63,636 nucleotides of DNA, filler included, from Candidatus Tectimicrobiota bacterium (GCA_016193065.1; 6 parts of 6 records of this genome joined end to end with filler, not necessarily neighbours in it); one strand, 5' to 3'; positions 7,939-18,318 are shown, numbered from the whole stretch's first letter. Numbers and translations: made by a program. Notes: a model not told the origin generated them from the letters alone.

Positions 7939-8181
7939 AATAAGAGTCTACCTTTTGACTTCTTGGGTAGCGATGTACCGCGAAGAACGGCTATTGAGTC
8001 TACTGCGTCTATTCCTGCTGTATATCTCGCAGAGTTCTCCCTTGCGAGAAAAAGCCAATTCCATTGCAATATCGATTACTTACCTTGGATTTGTCAAGCA
8101 TCTTCTCATCCCCCCACACTGCCGATCTTGCAGTCTATCCGGGTATCAAGCCGCAGTGTATCCCCGGGCGAACCCCAAGCC

Positions 8182-8770
8182 CCTCACAGCCGATCGGCGG
8201 GGCCGGCGGACACGAACCACTCCTTGCCTTGGCGCCCGGGGGCGAGTTCGATGGCTCGTACGCCGTGAGGAACGAGAAGAAGGGGCCGAAGAGACGCTCG
8301 ATCTCGTCGCGCCGGACCGGGAAAGGTGGGCCGCCCGTGCCATCCCGCACCGGCCAGAAGTTGGCCAGAAAGTGTCCTCCGGGTTTCAGGATCTGGAGAA
8401 CCATCTGGACGTAATCAGGGCGCCTCTTCGGATCGATCGCGCAAAAGCAGGTGTATTCCCAGATCACGTCGAAGAAAGCAGGATAAATCTCCGGCAACTC
8501 GAAAATATCCCGGCATTCGAAGCGGAGGCGCCCGTCCCGATCCCCGCCGATCTTCTTGGCCTCGTTGATCGCGGTCTCGGAGAAGTCAAATCCCCAGACC
8601 TCATAACCCAGCCGGGAGAAGAGCCGGGCGTCGTGGCCGCGCCCGCACCCGAGAACGGCAACCTTGCCTTTCGAGGGTGGATCTTTTCTTAGGTGAGCGA
8701 CCAGTGGGGGTGCGGCGGCACCCAGCTCCCAGTGGTCCGCATCGCTGTGGTAGAGGGTTTCTCAAAATCG
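8182..8770 (-). pseudogene. Thiopurine S-methyltransferase-like pseudogene, copy B
   Basis: F*ETLY (TGG>TGA)...VAVLGCGRGHDA...WEYTCFCAIDP...GGPPF. A 1-bp deletion near 8240 shifts the C-terminus; no start codon seen. Confidence 0.8.
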
Positions 8771-8814
8771 CTGATCGCTAACGGATAATTCTGAGAGTGA
8801 AGGATTGTTCGGAT

Positions 8815-9837
8815 TCACAGTGTGATCCCCGCTTCTCTTTTCCGGCGCTTCCGGGCCAGTTGGGCGGCGACTTTGATGGCCTCGATCATGCTCTTGGGGC
8901 TGGCAACTCCTTGCCAGGCAATGTCGAAGGCGGTGCCGTGGTCCACCGAGGTGCGCAGTACGGGCAAGCCCAGGGTTACCGAGACGCTCCCCTCAAAGTC
9001 GTAGGTCTTGGCCGCAATGTGTCCCTGATCGTGGTAGAGGGAGAGCACGCAATCGTATTTGCCCGCCAGCGCCAGATGGAAGACCGAATCGGCCGCCACC
9101 GGGCCATCCACTGCAACCCCGCGACGCCGGGCATCCTTGATCGCGGGTCCGATTTTTTCGATTTCCTCCCGCCCCAGAAGTCCTCCATCTCCTGCGTGGG
9201 GATTGAGGGCGGCAACTGCGATGCGCGGACGGGGCGTGCCGAGTGCTCTCATCTCTTCACGGATGCGGAGCAGGGTAGTGAGTACATTCTTGTATGTGAC
9301 TTCTCTCAAGGCGGCGCGCAGTGACAAATGACGCGTGAGGAAGAAAATCTTGAGCCTGCCGCACACGAACAGCGTGAGCGGCTCGCCGCCGCCGGAAAGC
9401 TCCGCCAGAAGTTCCGTGTGCCCGATCCCGCGGGCGCCGGCCCGGTGAATCGCCTCCTTGTGGATGGGCGCGGTGGCAATGGCGTCCACGATGCCCGCGC
9501 GAGCCAGTTCGAAGGCCTTTTCCAGGTAAAGGAGGGATGCCTTGCCCGCGGCGGCCGATATCTTCCCCGGCACCAGCTTGCGGGTTCCGAGCCCCGCAAC
9601 TTCAAAAACCGTCACGGTGTTTGGTCCAGTTTTCAGCGTCTCCAATGTGCGCACGCTTTTCAGATTTGCCTTGATTCCCACGGCCCGGGCGCACTCTTTC
9701 AGAATTTTGGTTTCTCCGATGATGATCGGATGACACACCCGGTGGAGACTGCGGGAGGCAAGAGCCTTGAGCGTGATTTCAGGACCGATGCCAGCCGGGT
9801 CTCCCGGGGTGACGGCAATGACCGGCTTTCTCTTCAT
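8815..9837 (-). CDS. pdxA: PdxA/PdxA2 family 4-phosphohydroxy-acid dehydrogenase
   Basis: GDPAGIGPE, GHTE, NPHAG, YHDQGH and RTSVDHGTAFDIAW motifs. Confidence 0.93.
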   Translation of the reverse strand: MKRKPVIAVTPGDPAGIGPEITLKALASRSLHRVCHPIIIGETKILKECARAVGIKANLKSVRTLETLKTGPNTVTVFEVAGLGTRKLVPGKISAAAGKASLLYLEKAFELARAGIVDAIATAPIHKEAIHRAGARGIGHTELLAELSGGGEPLTLFVCGRLKIFFLTRHLSLRAALREVTYKNVLTTLLRIREEMRALGTPRPRIAVAALNPHAGDGGLLGREEIEKIGPAIKDARRRGVAVDGPVAADSVFHLALAGKYDCVLSLYHDQGHIAAKTYDFEGSVSVTLGLPVLRTSVDHGTAFDIAWQGVASPKSMIEAIKVAAQLARKRRKREAGITL

Positions 9838-10039
9838 GGTTTGTCGTTTACACCGACCTTCTCTCTGTTGGGAATTCTTCGCTACAGAATGATTGGCGTC
9901 TATTATAGATGATCCGGGAAAAATTGCATTGACTTCCCGGGGTTAAATTCTTTGTGCGGAGCAAAAAAAGGGGGCGTTTTTCCCTGATGATCCGCACAGG
10001 CGTGTTTAGCCGGTTCATTTCCGCAGGAGGATGATCTAG

Positions 10040-11140
10040 ATGGAGACTGGGAGGCTGATGGGTATGGCCCGTTCACTTCTCCACGGGCGCAGGCGAGATT
10101 GTCTTCAGGCTCCAGCGAGAGCGGCAGTGCTATTGCTGGCGGCGTTTCTGCTGGCCCCCGCCTTGCTCGCGGCGGCTCCTGCCGGCACGGGCCTGCAGGC
10201 CGTCAGCGACGGGGCCAGGAAAGAAGGGACGCTCAAGCTCTACGCGCCTTCCACGCTGGGCCCCAGAGGAGCCCACCTCCTTCAGGAAGGAGTAAAGAAA
10301 AAATACGGGGTGGATCTGAACATCGCTTACACCTCCTCGGGCTCCATGACCCGGGACGTGGCGAAGGTGGTCACCGAGCTGGCCGCCGGCGCCCGCCCCA
10401 CCTGGGACATAATGCTGGTTACGGACGCCCACTACATTACTCTCGTGGAAAATGATTTTTTGGAGCGTGCCGATTACGGAGCGCTGGGCATCGATCCCAA
10501 GGCCATTGTCTATGACGGCGCCGCCGTGGCTTATGCCACCCAGTTCGTGGCTCCGGCCTACAACACGCAGCTCATCAAGCCGGCGGACGTTCCCAAGAAA
10601 TGGGAAGATCTGCTGGATCCGAAATGGAAGGGAAAAATCGGGGTCAGCACGGCCACTCACCACTGGGGCCGGCTCGCCCAGGTCTGGGGGGATGAGAAGA
10701 CGACCAAGTACGTGCGGGCCCTGGCCGAGCAGAAGATCGTCAGAGCACGGCTCCCTGAAGTCTATACCCGGCTTCAGTTGGGGGAAGTGCTGATTGCCGC
10801 GACCATGACGGACAGCCACATCGACGAGGCCAAGGAGAAGGGGGCGCCCATCGGCTTTATTGAAGCGGTTGAACCGATCATTGCCACCCACTACCTGGCG
10901 GCGCCTCTCAAGGGAGCGGAGCACAAGAATGCGGCGTTGCTCCTCGTCGCGTTCCTGGTGAGCCCGGAGGGCCAGGCGATCTGGGGCAAGGAGCAGGGTC
11001 AGACTTCCATGTTTGCCAAGGGGAGCCCGGCTTATAACTATGTGCAGAAGAAGAACGCCGTCTCGCTGGAGAAGAAATTCGCCTTGGGACGGTTTGAGGA
11101 TCTCACGAACAAGTACGGGAAGCTTCTGGGCTTCCGGTAA
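10040..11140 (+). CDS. ABC transporter substrate-binding protein (Fe3+/AfuA-like)
   Basis: Signal peptide; 'YNT.LI...P..WEDLLDPKWKGKI'; AGGAGG RBS. Confidence 0.85.
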   Translation: METGRLMGMARSLLHGRRRDCLQAPARAAVLLLAAFLLAPALLAAAPAGTGLQAVSDGARKEGTLKLYAPSTLGPRGAHLLQEGVKKKYGVDLNIAYTSSGSMTRDVAKVVTELAAGARPTWDIMLVTDAHYITLVENDFLERADYGALGIDPKAIVYDGAAVAYATQFVAPAYNTQLIKPADVPKKWEDLLDPKWKGKIGVSTATHHWGRLAQVWGDEKTTKYVRALAEQKIVRARLPEVYTRLQLGEVLIAATMTDSHIDEAKEKGAPIGFIEAVEPIIATHYLAAPLKGAEHKNAALLLVAFLVSPEGQAIWGKEQGQTSMFAKGSPAYNYVQKKNAVSLEKKFALGRFEDLTNKYGKLLGFR

Positions 11141-11165
11141 GCAACCGGCTTTGGGAGGGATAGTC

Positions 11166-12218
11166 ATGATGGGGCGGCTAGTTGCATTTTTTGCCTGCGC
11201 CGTTTTCGCCGCGGGAGTTCCGGGATTCGTGGAGGACGCGCCTGCGGCAACGGCCGCCAAAGTTTCTCTGCAATCGGTCATCGACGGGGCCAGGAAGGAG
11301 GGGGTCCTGGAATTCTACGCCTCCGCGGCCATGGGGCCTGAGGGGGGGCGCGCCATCAAAGACGCGCTCAATGGCAAGTTTAGGCTCAACCTGGATCTCA
11401 AGTTCACCGGCTCGGGTTCCATGACCCGGGATGTTGCCAAGGTCGTTACGGAGTTGTCGGCCGGGGCCCCTGCTACCTGGGACATCATGGTGGTCAACGA
11501 CGCGCACTACGCGACCCTGGTGAATAACGAGGCCCTGGACTCGGTGGATTGGGGGGGGAGTTTCGGAATTGAACCCAAGGCGATCTTTTATAACGGGCTG
11601 GCGGTGGCTGTCGCTACGCAGTTCGTGTCCCCGGCCTACAACAATCAACGGGTCAAGCCGGCCGACGCCCCCAAACGGTGGGAGGATCTCCTGGATCCCA
11701 AGTGGAAGGGGAAGATCGGTGTTTCCTCGGCAACTCACCACTGGGCCCGCCTGGCCCAGGTCTGGGGGGACGAGAAGACCACCAAGTTTGTGGAAGCGCT
11801 CGCCAAGCAAAGCCCCGCGCTGGGACGCGTTCCCGAGGTTTACACCCGCCTGCAGTTGGGGGAAACCTTGGTGGCGGCGACCATGGTGGATGATTACATC
11901 GACCAGGCCAAGAAAACCGGGGCTCCCGTGGTGTTCATTGACAATCCCGATCCGATCATTGCCACGCACTTCCTGGCCGCTCCTCTCAAGCGCGCCAAGC
12001 ACAGAAACGCCGCCATTCTCATAACAGCCTTCCTGGCCAGCCCGGAGGGGCAGGCGGTGTGGGCGAAGATCATGGGGCAGACGTCGATGTACTTCCAGGG
12101 AACCCCCGCCTACCAATTTGCCCAGAAGAAAAACGTGGTGCCTCTCGACTACAAGTTCGCCCTGACCCAGTTAGAGGACCTGAGCAGCAAATACGGCAGG
12201 CTGATCGGATACCGGTAA
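11166..12218 (+). CDS. ABC transporter substrate-binding protein, tandem paralogue
   Basis: Highly similar to the upstream protein; ATG 11166 follows GGGAGG. Confidence 0.85.
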   Translation: MMGRLVAFFACAVFAAGVPGFVEDAPAATAAKVSLQSVIDGARKEGVLEFYASAAMGPEGGRAIKDALNGKFRLNLDLKFTGSGSMTRDVAKVVTELSAGAPATWDIMVVNDAHYATLVNNEALDSVDWGGSFGIEPKAIFYNGLAVAVATQFVSPAYNNQRVKPADAPKRWEDLLDPKWKGKIGVSSATHHWARLAQVWGDEKTTKFVEALAKQSPALGRVPEVYTRLQLGETLVAATMVDDYIDQAKKTGAPVVFIDNPDPIIATHFLAAPLKRAKHRNAAILITAFLASPEGQAVWAKIMGQTSMYFQGTPAYQFAQKKNVVPLDYKFALTQLEDLSSKYGRLIGYR

Positions 12219-12314
12219 AAGAAACTCCTGAAAACAATCCCTTGATCCCGCCCAGGGCTGGATTCATGGGATGGGCTACCGGAAAGAGAAACGCGGTGAC
12301 GGCAGCGGGCAGCG

Positions 12315-14102
12315 ATGAGCTCTGAACCCTCGGACATCTCCGCGCTCGATTCGCTCCCGGGTGTGCAAAGGCCGGCCAGGGCCTGGGGGCGTGTGCGCCG
12401 TCTTACGCTGGGGCAGTTCGTGGTTGGAGCGCTGACCCTGGTCATCGGGTTTGTCGTCTGCGTCCCCGTGGTCACCGTGTTTCTCATGAGCTTCCGAAAG
12501 GGGTTGCCGGGTCGGGCGGGTGCCCTGACCCTGGCGAACTATCGGGAAGTTTTCTTTGATCCTTTCACCTACCATGTCCTTCTCAACACGGCCTTCTTCG
12601 CCATCTGCACCCTGGCCGTCACCCTCCTGTTTGCGGTCCCCATCGTCTGGCTCCTCTACCGCACGGACCTGCCGTACAGGAGAACCGTCTACTTGCTGAT
12701 GACCGCGGGGATTCTCATCCCCACCTTTTTGCGCACCATCGGCTGGATCCTGCTGCTGAGTCCCCAGATCGGGCTCGTGAACCAGCTTGCCATGAGACTC
12801 CTGGGCCTCCAGGAGCCTCCCTTTAGCCTGTACAACATTCCGGGCATGGCGTTCGTGCAGGGAATTTCCTTTGTCCCCGCGGCCTTCTTCATGCTGTCGG
12901 CCGCCTACAGTGCCATGGATCCTGCGCTGGAGGAGGCCGCCTACGCCTCGGGAGTGAGCAAGATCCGGACGTTTTGCAAAATTAATCTGCCCATTACGGT
13001 TCCCGCCATTGCCGCGGTCATGGTCTATCTATTGATGACCGCCCTTTCCGTCTTTGAGGCTCCCGCTATCTTGGGGCTGCCCTCCGGGATCTTCGTTCTG
13101 AGCTCTCTGATCTATTTTGCCGTTACCCCCCAGGTGGGGCTCCCCAAGTACGGACTGGCCGGAGCGTACGGTCTCATCATGGTGGTCCTGGGACTGGTGG
13201 CGAGCTTTCTTTACTTCCGGATTGTCCGGGAAAGCCGCAAGTACGTGGTAGTGACGGGGCGGGGCTACCGCCCCAAGCTCATCGAGCTGGGCCGCTACAA
13301 ATCCGTGGCCGTGGCCTTCATCCTCGTTTACTTCTTATTTGAGATCTTTCTGCCCTTCGCGGTCTTGATCTGGGCCTCCCTTCTGCCGTACCTGCAGGTC
13401 CCCTCCCTGGGGGCGCTGTCCCAGGTGACGCTGACCAACTACCGGAACATTCCAAACTATTCCGGTTTGCGCCCGTTTCTAAACACGCTCACCTTGATCT
13501 CCTTCGGGCCGGCCCTGGCCATGGCACTGAGCATCGTGATCTCCTGGATCGTCGTTCGCACCCGCTTCCGCGTGCGGGGCTTCCTGGACGCCTTTGCCTT
13601 TCTTCCCCATGCGGTTCCGCACATCCTGTTTGCCGTGGCCCTGGCGTACCTGGCCCTTGTTTACCGCACCGTGATCCCCATCTATGGCAGCATCTTCATC
13701 ATCATCATCGCCCACGCGATCAGCTACATCAGTTACGGCACTCGGGCCATGAACAGCGCCCTGATCCAGATCCATCCGGAACTGGAGGAGGCGGGCCGGG
13801 CCTGTGGCGCCTCCACCGTGCGTGTGGTGGGCCGGATCACGGTTCCTCTGGTCTCGGCGGCGATTTTCAACGGCTGGCTCTGGATCGCCTTGCTCTCCTA
13901 TCGAGAGGTGACGATGGCGCTGGTTCTCTATTCTCCCGGCAGCGAGGTGGTCTCCACCCTGATCTGGAAAATGTGGGGCTCCGCTTACGTTCCCCAGGTG
14001 TCTGCGCTCGGGGTCGTGATGATCCTGATTGTTCTGATTCTGGTGATGGTCCTGCGCTCCGTCTTCCTGCGGGTCCGGGCCGGCACCCATGTTCCCGGTT
14101 GA
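12315..14102 (+). CDS. ABC transporter permease (FbpB-like, duplicated TM domains)
   Basis: Two EAA loops (LEEAAYASG; LEEAGRACG). Confidence 0.9.
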   Translation: MSSEPSDISALDSLPGVQRPARAWGRVRRLTLGQFVVGALTLVIGFVVCVPVVTVFLMSFRKGLPGRAGALTLANYREVFFDPFTYHVLLNTAFFAICTLAVTLLFAVPIVWLLYRTDLPYRRTVYLLMTAGILIPTFLRTIGWILLLSPQIGLVNQLAMRLLGLQEPPFSLYNIPGMAFVQGISFVPAAFFMLSAAYSAMDPALEEAAYASGVSKIRTFCKINLPITVPAIAAVMVYLLMTALSVFEAPAILGLPSGIFVLSSLIYFAVTPQVGLPKYGLAGAYGLIMVVLGLVASFLYFRIVRESRKYVVVTGRGYRPKLIELGRYKSVAVAFILVYFLFEIFLPFAVLIWASLLPYLQVPSLGALSQVTLTNYRNIPNYSGLRPFLNTLTLISFGPALAMALSIVISWIVVRTRFRVRGFLDAFAFLPHAVPHILFAVALAYLALVYRTVIPIYGSIFIIIIAHAISYISYGTRAMNSALIQIHPELEEAGRACGASTVRVVGRITVPLVSAAIFNGWLWIALLSYREVTMALVLYSPGSEVVSTLIWKMWGSAYVPQVSALGVVMILIVLILVMVLRSVFLRVRAGTHVPG

Positions 14103-14200
14103 TCCCTGTTCACTCCCTCCCTTTCCCTCCCCCCGGGGTACCCCGGGTGCCCTCTGGGCGTGCGGGAGGGATGGGTGGGGGGCGTTTTCGGATTGGAGTT

Positions 14201-15199
14201 ATGACCCTTTTGCTAAACAATGAAGAAATTGCTCAACTGATCTCCATGCGCGAGTGCATCGATGTCCTGCGGGACGGCTACCGCGAGCACGGATTGGGAA
14301 GGGTCGCCCACCGCCGGCGCAGCAACATCGTCGTCCCGACCGGGGAGGGGAGAACCTACGTCTTTGCGAACTTTGAGGGCACCGTGATCAAACATGGGTA
14401 TCATGCCATCCGGCTGCGCTCGGACGTCAACGTGTGGCGCGATAAGGCCGGAGACCGGGCCATCAAGTACGCCTCACGTCCGGGGCTCTACTGCGGCTTG
14501 GTGCTTCTCTACAACATCCAGACCGGAGAGCTCGACGGGATCCTGAATGACGGCTATCTCCAGCTCATGCGGGTTTCTGCCACCAGCGCCTTAGCCGCGA
14601 GCTATCTCAGTCGTGAGGACTCCCGTGTCCTTGGCATGGTCGGTGCCGGCAGCCAGGCACGCAGCCACGTGGAGGCCATGTGCGCGATCAGGCCGATTGA
14701 GAAGGTCAAGGTGTACAGCTTGCGACGGGAGAGGCGGGAGTCCTTCGCCCGGGAGACGGCGGCGAAGCTGGGTGTGGGGGTTACGGCGGTTGGCAGTCCG
14801 CAGGCGGCTTTTGAGGAGTGCGACATTGTCTGCACCTGCACGGATTCACCCCGTCCCTTTGTAAAAAGTGAGTGGATTGGAGCCGGGATGCACATGAGCA
14901 GCGTGCGGCCCTTCGGCGAAGTAGGCCTCCCCGTCGTCTCCAAGGAGCGAGGCGATGGACCACGGGCGGTGGGCGGCAAAGACGAAAGGGATCTCCCGTC
15001 CGGAATGACTCTTGCCGAGTTGTGTGCCGGCCATGGGGCGGGCAGGACCAACCCCTTGCAGAGAACCTATTTTGCCAACAATGAGGGGCATGGCGTCCAA
15101 TTCTCCGCTGCCGGCGCCTTCGTCCTCAAACGTGCCAGAGAACTCGGGATCGGGCGGGATCTGCCCACGAGGTGGTTCCTGCAGGACATTACGACGTGA
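14201..15199 (+). CDS. Ornithine cyclodeaminase/mu-crystallin family protein
   Basis: 'MTLLLNNEEI', 'RVSATSALAASYLSR', Rossmann GAGSQA. Confidence 0.88.
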   Translation: MTLLLNNEEIAQLISMRECIDVLRDGYREHGLGRVAHRRRSNIVVPTGEGRTYVFANFEGTVIKHGYHAIRLRSDVNVWRDKAGDRAIKYASRPGLYCGLVLLYNIQTGELDGILNDGYLQLMRVSATSALAASYLSREDSRVLGMVGAGSQARSHVEAMCAIRPIEKVKVYSLRRERRESFARETAAKLGVGVTAVGSPQAAFEECDIVCTCTDSPRPFVKSEWIGAGMHMSSVRPFGEVGLPVVSKERGDGPRAVGGKDERDLPSGMTLAELCAGHGAGRTNPLQRTYFANNEGHGVQFSAAGAFVLKRARELGIGRDLPTRWFLQDITT

Positions 15200-15224
15200 G
15201 AAGCGGAAGGGAGTATTGGGTCCC

Positions 15225-16319
15225 ATGATCGAGATTCAAGGTGTGCGGAAATCCTACGCCACTGAATACGGGCCGGTGGAAGCCGTGCGGGGGCTGGATC
15301 TCCAGGTGCGCAAGGGAGAGTTTTGCGTCCTTCTCGGACCCAGCGGCTGTGGCAAGACGACGACGCTGCGCTGCGTGGCGGGGCTGGAGAGGCCGGACAG
15401 CGGCCGCATTGTCATTGGAGATCGGGTCGTCAACAGCAGCGCTTCAGGGGTCTTCGTGCCGGTGGAGAAACGAGATATCGGCATGGTCTTCCAGAGCTAT
15501 GCGGTGTGGCCCCACATGAGCGTCTTCCGCAATGTGGCCTTTCCTCTGACCGACGGCTGGCGCCGCGTCCCCCGTGCGGAAGTCGTAAAGCGAGTTAGTC
15601 GTGCCCTGGAGCGGGTCCACCTGGAAGGTCTGGAAAACCGCCCCTCCACCACGCTCAGCGGGGGCCAGCAGCAGCGCGTGGCCCTGGCCCGGGCCATTGT
15701 GACGGAGCCGGGAGTCCTGCTCATGGATGAGCCTCTTTCAAACCTCGATGCCCGGCTGCGGGAGGAGATGCGCGGCGAGATCCGCCGCCTGACTCAGAAT
15801 CTGGGGATGACCACCCTCTATGTGACTCATGACCAGTCCGAGGCTCTTGAGATGGGGGATATGATCTGCGTCATGAACCAGGGGGAGATTTTGCAGACCG
15901 GGACTGCGGAGGAGATCTATCAAAAACCCGCCAGCCGGTTCGTGGCCGAGTTTGTAGGGAAGATGAATTTTATCAAAGGACGCGTGGCAGCGGGCGGTGT
16001 GGTGGAGTCGCCCCTGGGCGGGATCCGTTGCCCGGTTCCTCCAGGCCTGCGGGAAGGACAGGAAGTTATCCTGGCCATCCGTCCGGAGCACCTGGAACTC
16101 CGCAAGGACGGGGACGGTTTCGGGGGCGAGGGCAATGCCGTCCAGGGTGAGTTGACAGCCTACTGGTACCAGGGCGACACGGCATTCTGGGAAGTTCGCG
16201 CGGGAGAGACGAACCTGGTGGCCAAGGTCTCCGCCGACCTCCGCGCCGGGATTGGCGCCAGGGTGAAGCTCGGCCTCCCCGCGGAACGCTTGCGGGTTTT
16301 TGCGGATTCCCCCGGATAA
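15225..16319 (+). CDS. ABC transporter ATP-binding protein with TOBE domain
   Basis: GPSGCGKTT, LSGGQQQR and MDEP motifs. Confidence 0.93.
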   Translation: MIEIQGVRKSYATEYGPVEAVRGLDLQVRKGEFCVLLGPSGCGKTTTLRCVAGLERPDSGRIVIGDRVVNSSASGVFVPVEKRDIGMVFQSYAVWPHMSVFRNVAFPLTDGWRRVPRAEVVKRVSRALERVHLEGLENRPSTTLSGGQQQRVALARAIVTEPGVLLMDEPLSNLDARLREEMRGEIRRLTQNLGMTTLYVTHDQSEALEMGDMICVMNQGEILQTGTAEEIYQKPASRFVAEFVGKMNFIKGRVAAGGVVESPLGGIRCPVPPGLREGQEVILAIRPEHLELRKDGDGFGGEGNAVQGELTAYWYQGDTAFWEVRAGETNLVAKVSADLRAGIGARVKLGLPAERLRVFADSPG

Positions 16320-16345
16320 CCCGCATCAACGACTCTTCTCTTCCC

Positions 16346-17281
16346 TCAGGTGCCGCGCGCCATGGAGTGTTGCCAGGTTTTGGCAATCGCGTTCCGCAGT
16401 GCCTGACGGACCTCGACGGGACCCCGGCTCGGCTTGAAACCCAGGCGTTCACGGATCCGCCGGTCGTCCAGTTTCCACTGGTCGGCCAGGAAGGCTGCAC
16501 CTGTCCAGTCCGGCGGGGGAACAACCATCACCCCCGCGGAGGACCCCGTCACTTCGGTCGCCATGCGGGCGATCTCCTCCCACGTCACGTACGCGCTGGC
16601 CAGATTGAAGATCTCCCCGAAGCCGGCGGGATTGAGGAGGATCAACTCCACGGCCCGGTTGAAGTCCTCCATGGAGAGAAAGCTGCCGCCGCAGTCCGCG
16701 GGAACCATCAGAGGCTGGCCGGAGGCCGCCGTCTGCAACATCTCCCGCAGGTGTCGGCCCCCGATCTCCTCTCCGAATGCCCACCAAAACCGGAGGATCG
16801 TGGCCGGAATGTTGTGGGTTTTCGCGGCCAGGAGAGTCAGCTTTTCCGCGAACTCCTTGGCCACGCCGTAGGCCGGTTTACGGGCTTCCAGGACGCGCAG
16901 CGGGTGGTCTTCATCAATGGGGATACGGAAGGGTTTCCCGTACACGACGGCCGTGCTCGTGTAAATGAAGTGCCGGATTTCCTGGGAGCGCGCCGCCTCC
17001 AGGAGCAACAGGTGACCGCGCAGGTCCTGTTCCAGGAGCACCCGCGGGTCCTCCGAGAACGACCAGGCGAGATGGATGATCGCCTCCACCCCGCGGGCGG
17101 CTTCGGCCACGGCGGCCGCCTCCTCCACCCCCCCCGGGACCAGCTCCAGCACCGGGTGATCCAGGCCCCGGAACGCCTGGAGATCCTTATCCAGCACGAC
17201 CACGTTGTGGCCGCGGAACAGAAGGGCCGGAACCAGTTCACGCCCCACGCTGCCGTTGCCGCCGGTCACCAGAATCCTCAT
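16346..17281 (-). CDS. NAD-dependent epimerase/dehydratase
   Basis: TGGNGSVG; YGVAK (YxxxK). Confidence 0.88.
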   Translation of the reverse strand: MRILVTGGNGSVGRELVPALLFRGHNVVVLDKDLQAFRGLDHPVLELVPGGVEEAAAVAEAARGVEAIIHLAWSFSEDPRVLLEQDLRGHLLLLEAARSQEIRHFIYTSTAVVYGKPFRIPIDEDHPLRVLEARKPAYGVAKEFAEKLTLLAAKTHNIPATILRFWWAFGEEIGGRHLREMLQTAASGQPLMVPADCGGSFLSMEDFNRAVELILLNPAGFGEIFNLASAYVTWEEIARMATEVTGSSAGVMVVPPPDWTGAAFLADQWKLDDRRIRERLGFKPSRGPVEVRQALRNAIAKTWQHSMARGT

Positions 17282-17352
17282 GTGCCACCTCCGGACATCC
17301 CGTCGTGTCGGGAAATCACCTCCGGCCAGGGGAAATTCCTGCGGGAAACCCG

Positions 17353-18156
17353 CTACTCTCTGTACACGCGAATCTGGTTATCGAGCGACCGAATCCCGTC
17401 CACGCTTTTCGCAATCTTCTCCGCCGCCTCTTTGGCCCCCCCGGAAAACACCAGCCCCTTGAGGGCCACGTTGCCGCTCTCGCACACGATTATAAGATCG
17501 AGCCGCATCGTCTCCCGGTCCGCCTTAAAGGCCGCCCTGATCCTGGCCTCCAGGCTGCGGTCTCGCAGCTTGGCCCGCGAGTCCTCCGTGGGTTGAAACT
17601 CCGGGTGGCGCGCAAGCTCCAGTATCTGCTGCACCGCCAGGTCCGGCGGAACGCGCTCGCTGTTCACCACCAGGTCGTAGAGAAGCGGATCCCCCCACTG
17701 CACGTCGAAAAACTGCCGGATCCGGGAACTGGCCCCTTCGTCCGCCTTGCGAATCAGCTTGGCGGCCTCGTCCCGGTCGAGGGATCGTCGGGCCATCACC
17801 CTGGGAATTCTCGTTTCCATGGGGGCGCACACTCGCACCCGGATGCAGTGCCGGATCGACCGGAGCAGGAGAGTCGCCCACCTCCCCATGATGACCACAT
17901 TGTCCTGCTCCGCAAGCCGGTAGACCTCGGACGCCAGCAGGGCAAATTCCACCTGGGTCTCCTCGGCCAGGCTGTCCCAGAAGCCCCGCTTGCTTTCCAC
18001 CACCGCGATCAGCTCGTCCTCGGCCACCCCGTACGTCTCCGCCGCTTCCTTGGTGATTTGATCGCGGATGTACTCATAACCGAGGCCCTGAGCCGCCTTC
18101 ATCGCGATGGCGGTGGCGCCGCTTCCATATTCCCGAGTGAAAGCCACGATCGGCAT
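17353..18156 (-). CDS. Cytidylate-kinase-like family protein with C-terminal BON domain
   Basis: 'IVAFTREYGSG' start at 18156 with GAGG RBS; C-terminal 'GNVALKG...DGIRSLDNQI' is BON-like. Confidence 0.82.
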   Translation of the reverse strand: MPIVAFTREYGSGATAIAMKAAQGLGYEYIRDQITKEAAETYGVAEDELIAVVESKRGFWDSLAEETQVEFALLASEVYRLAEQDNVVIMGRWATLLLRSIRHCIRVRVCAPMETRIPRVMARRSLDRDEAAKLIRKADEGASSRIRQFFDVQWGDPLLYDLVVNSERVPPDLAVQQILELARHPEFQPTEDSRAKLRDRSLEARIRAAFKADRETMRLDLIIVCESGNVALKGLVFSGGAKEAAEKIAKSVDGIRSLDNQIRVYRE

Positions 18157-18318
18157 GGGAGAACCTCCTCTTCCGCGAATCTGCGGCGTTTTCCGGACGA
18201 CCAGAACTTCCTCCACTTCCTCCCTAAGGCGGGCTTTGCCCGCAACCCAAGTGTCAGTGTGAGCGTCTGTAGTCATCTGTCCGTGACAAGGCGGCGTCTT
18301 GCAAGAGTTTTCAAGGCC

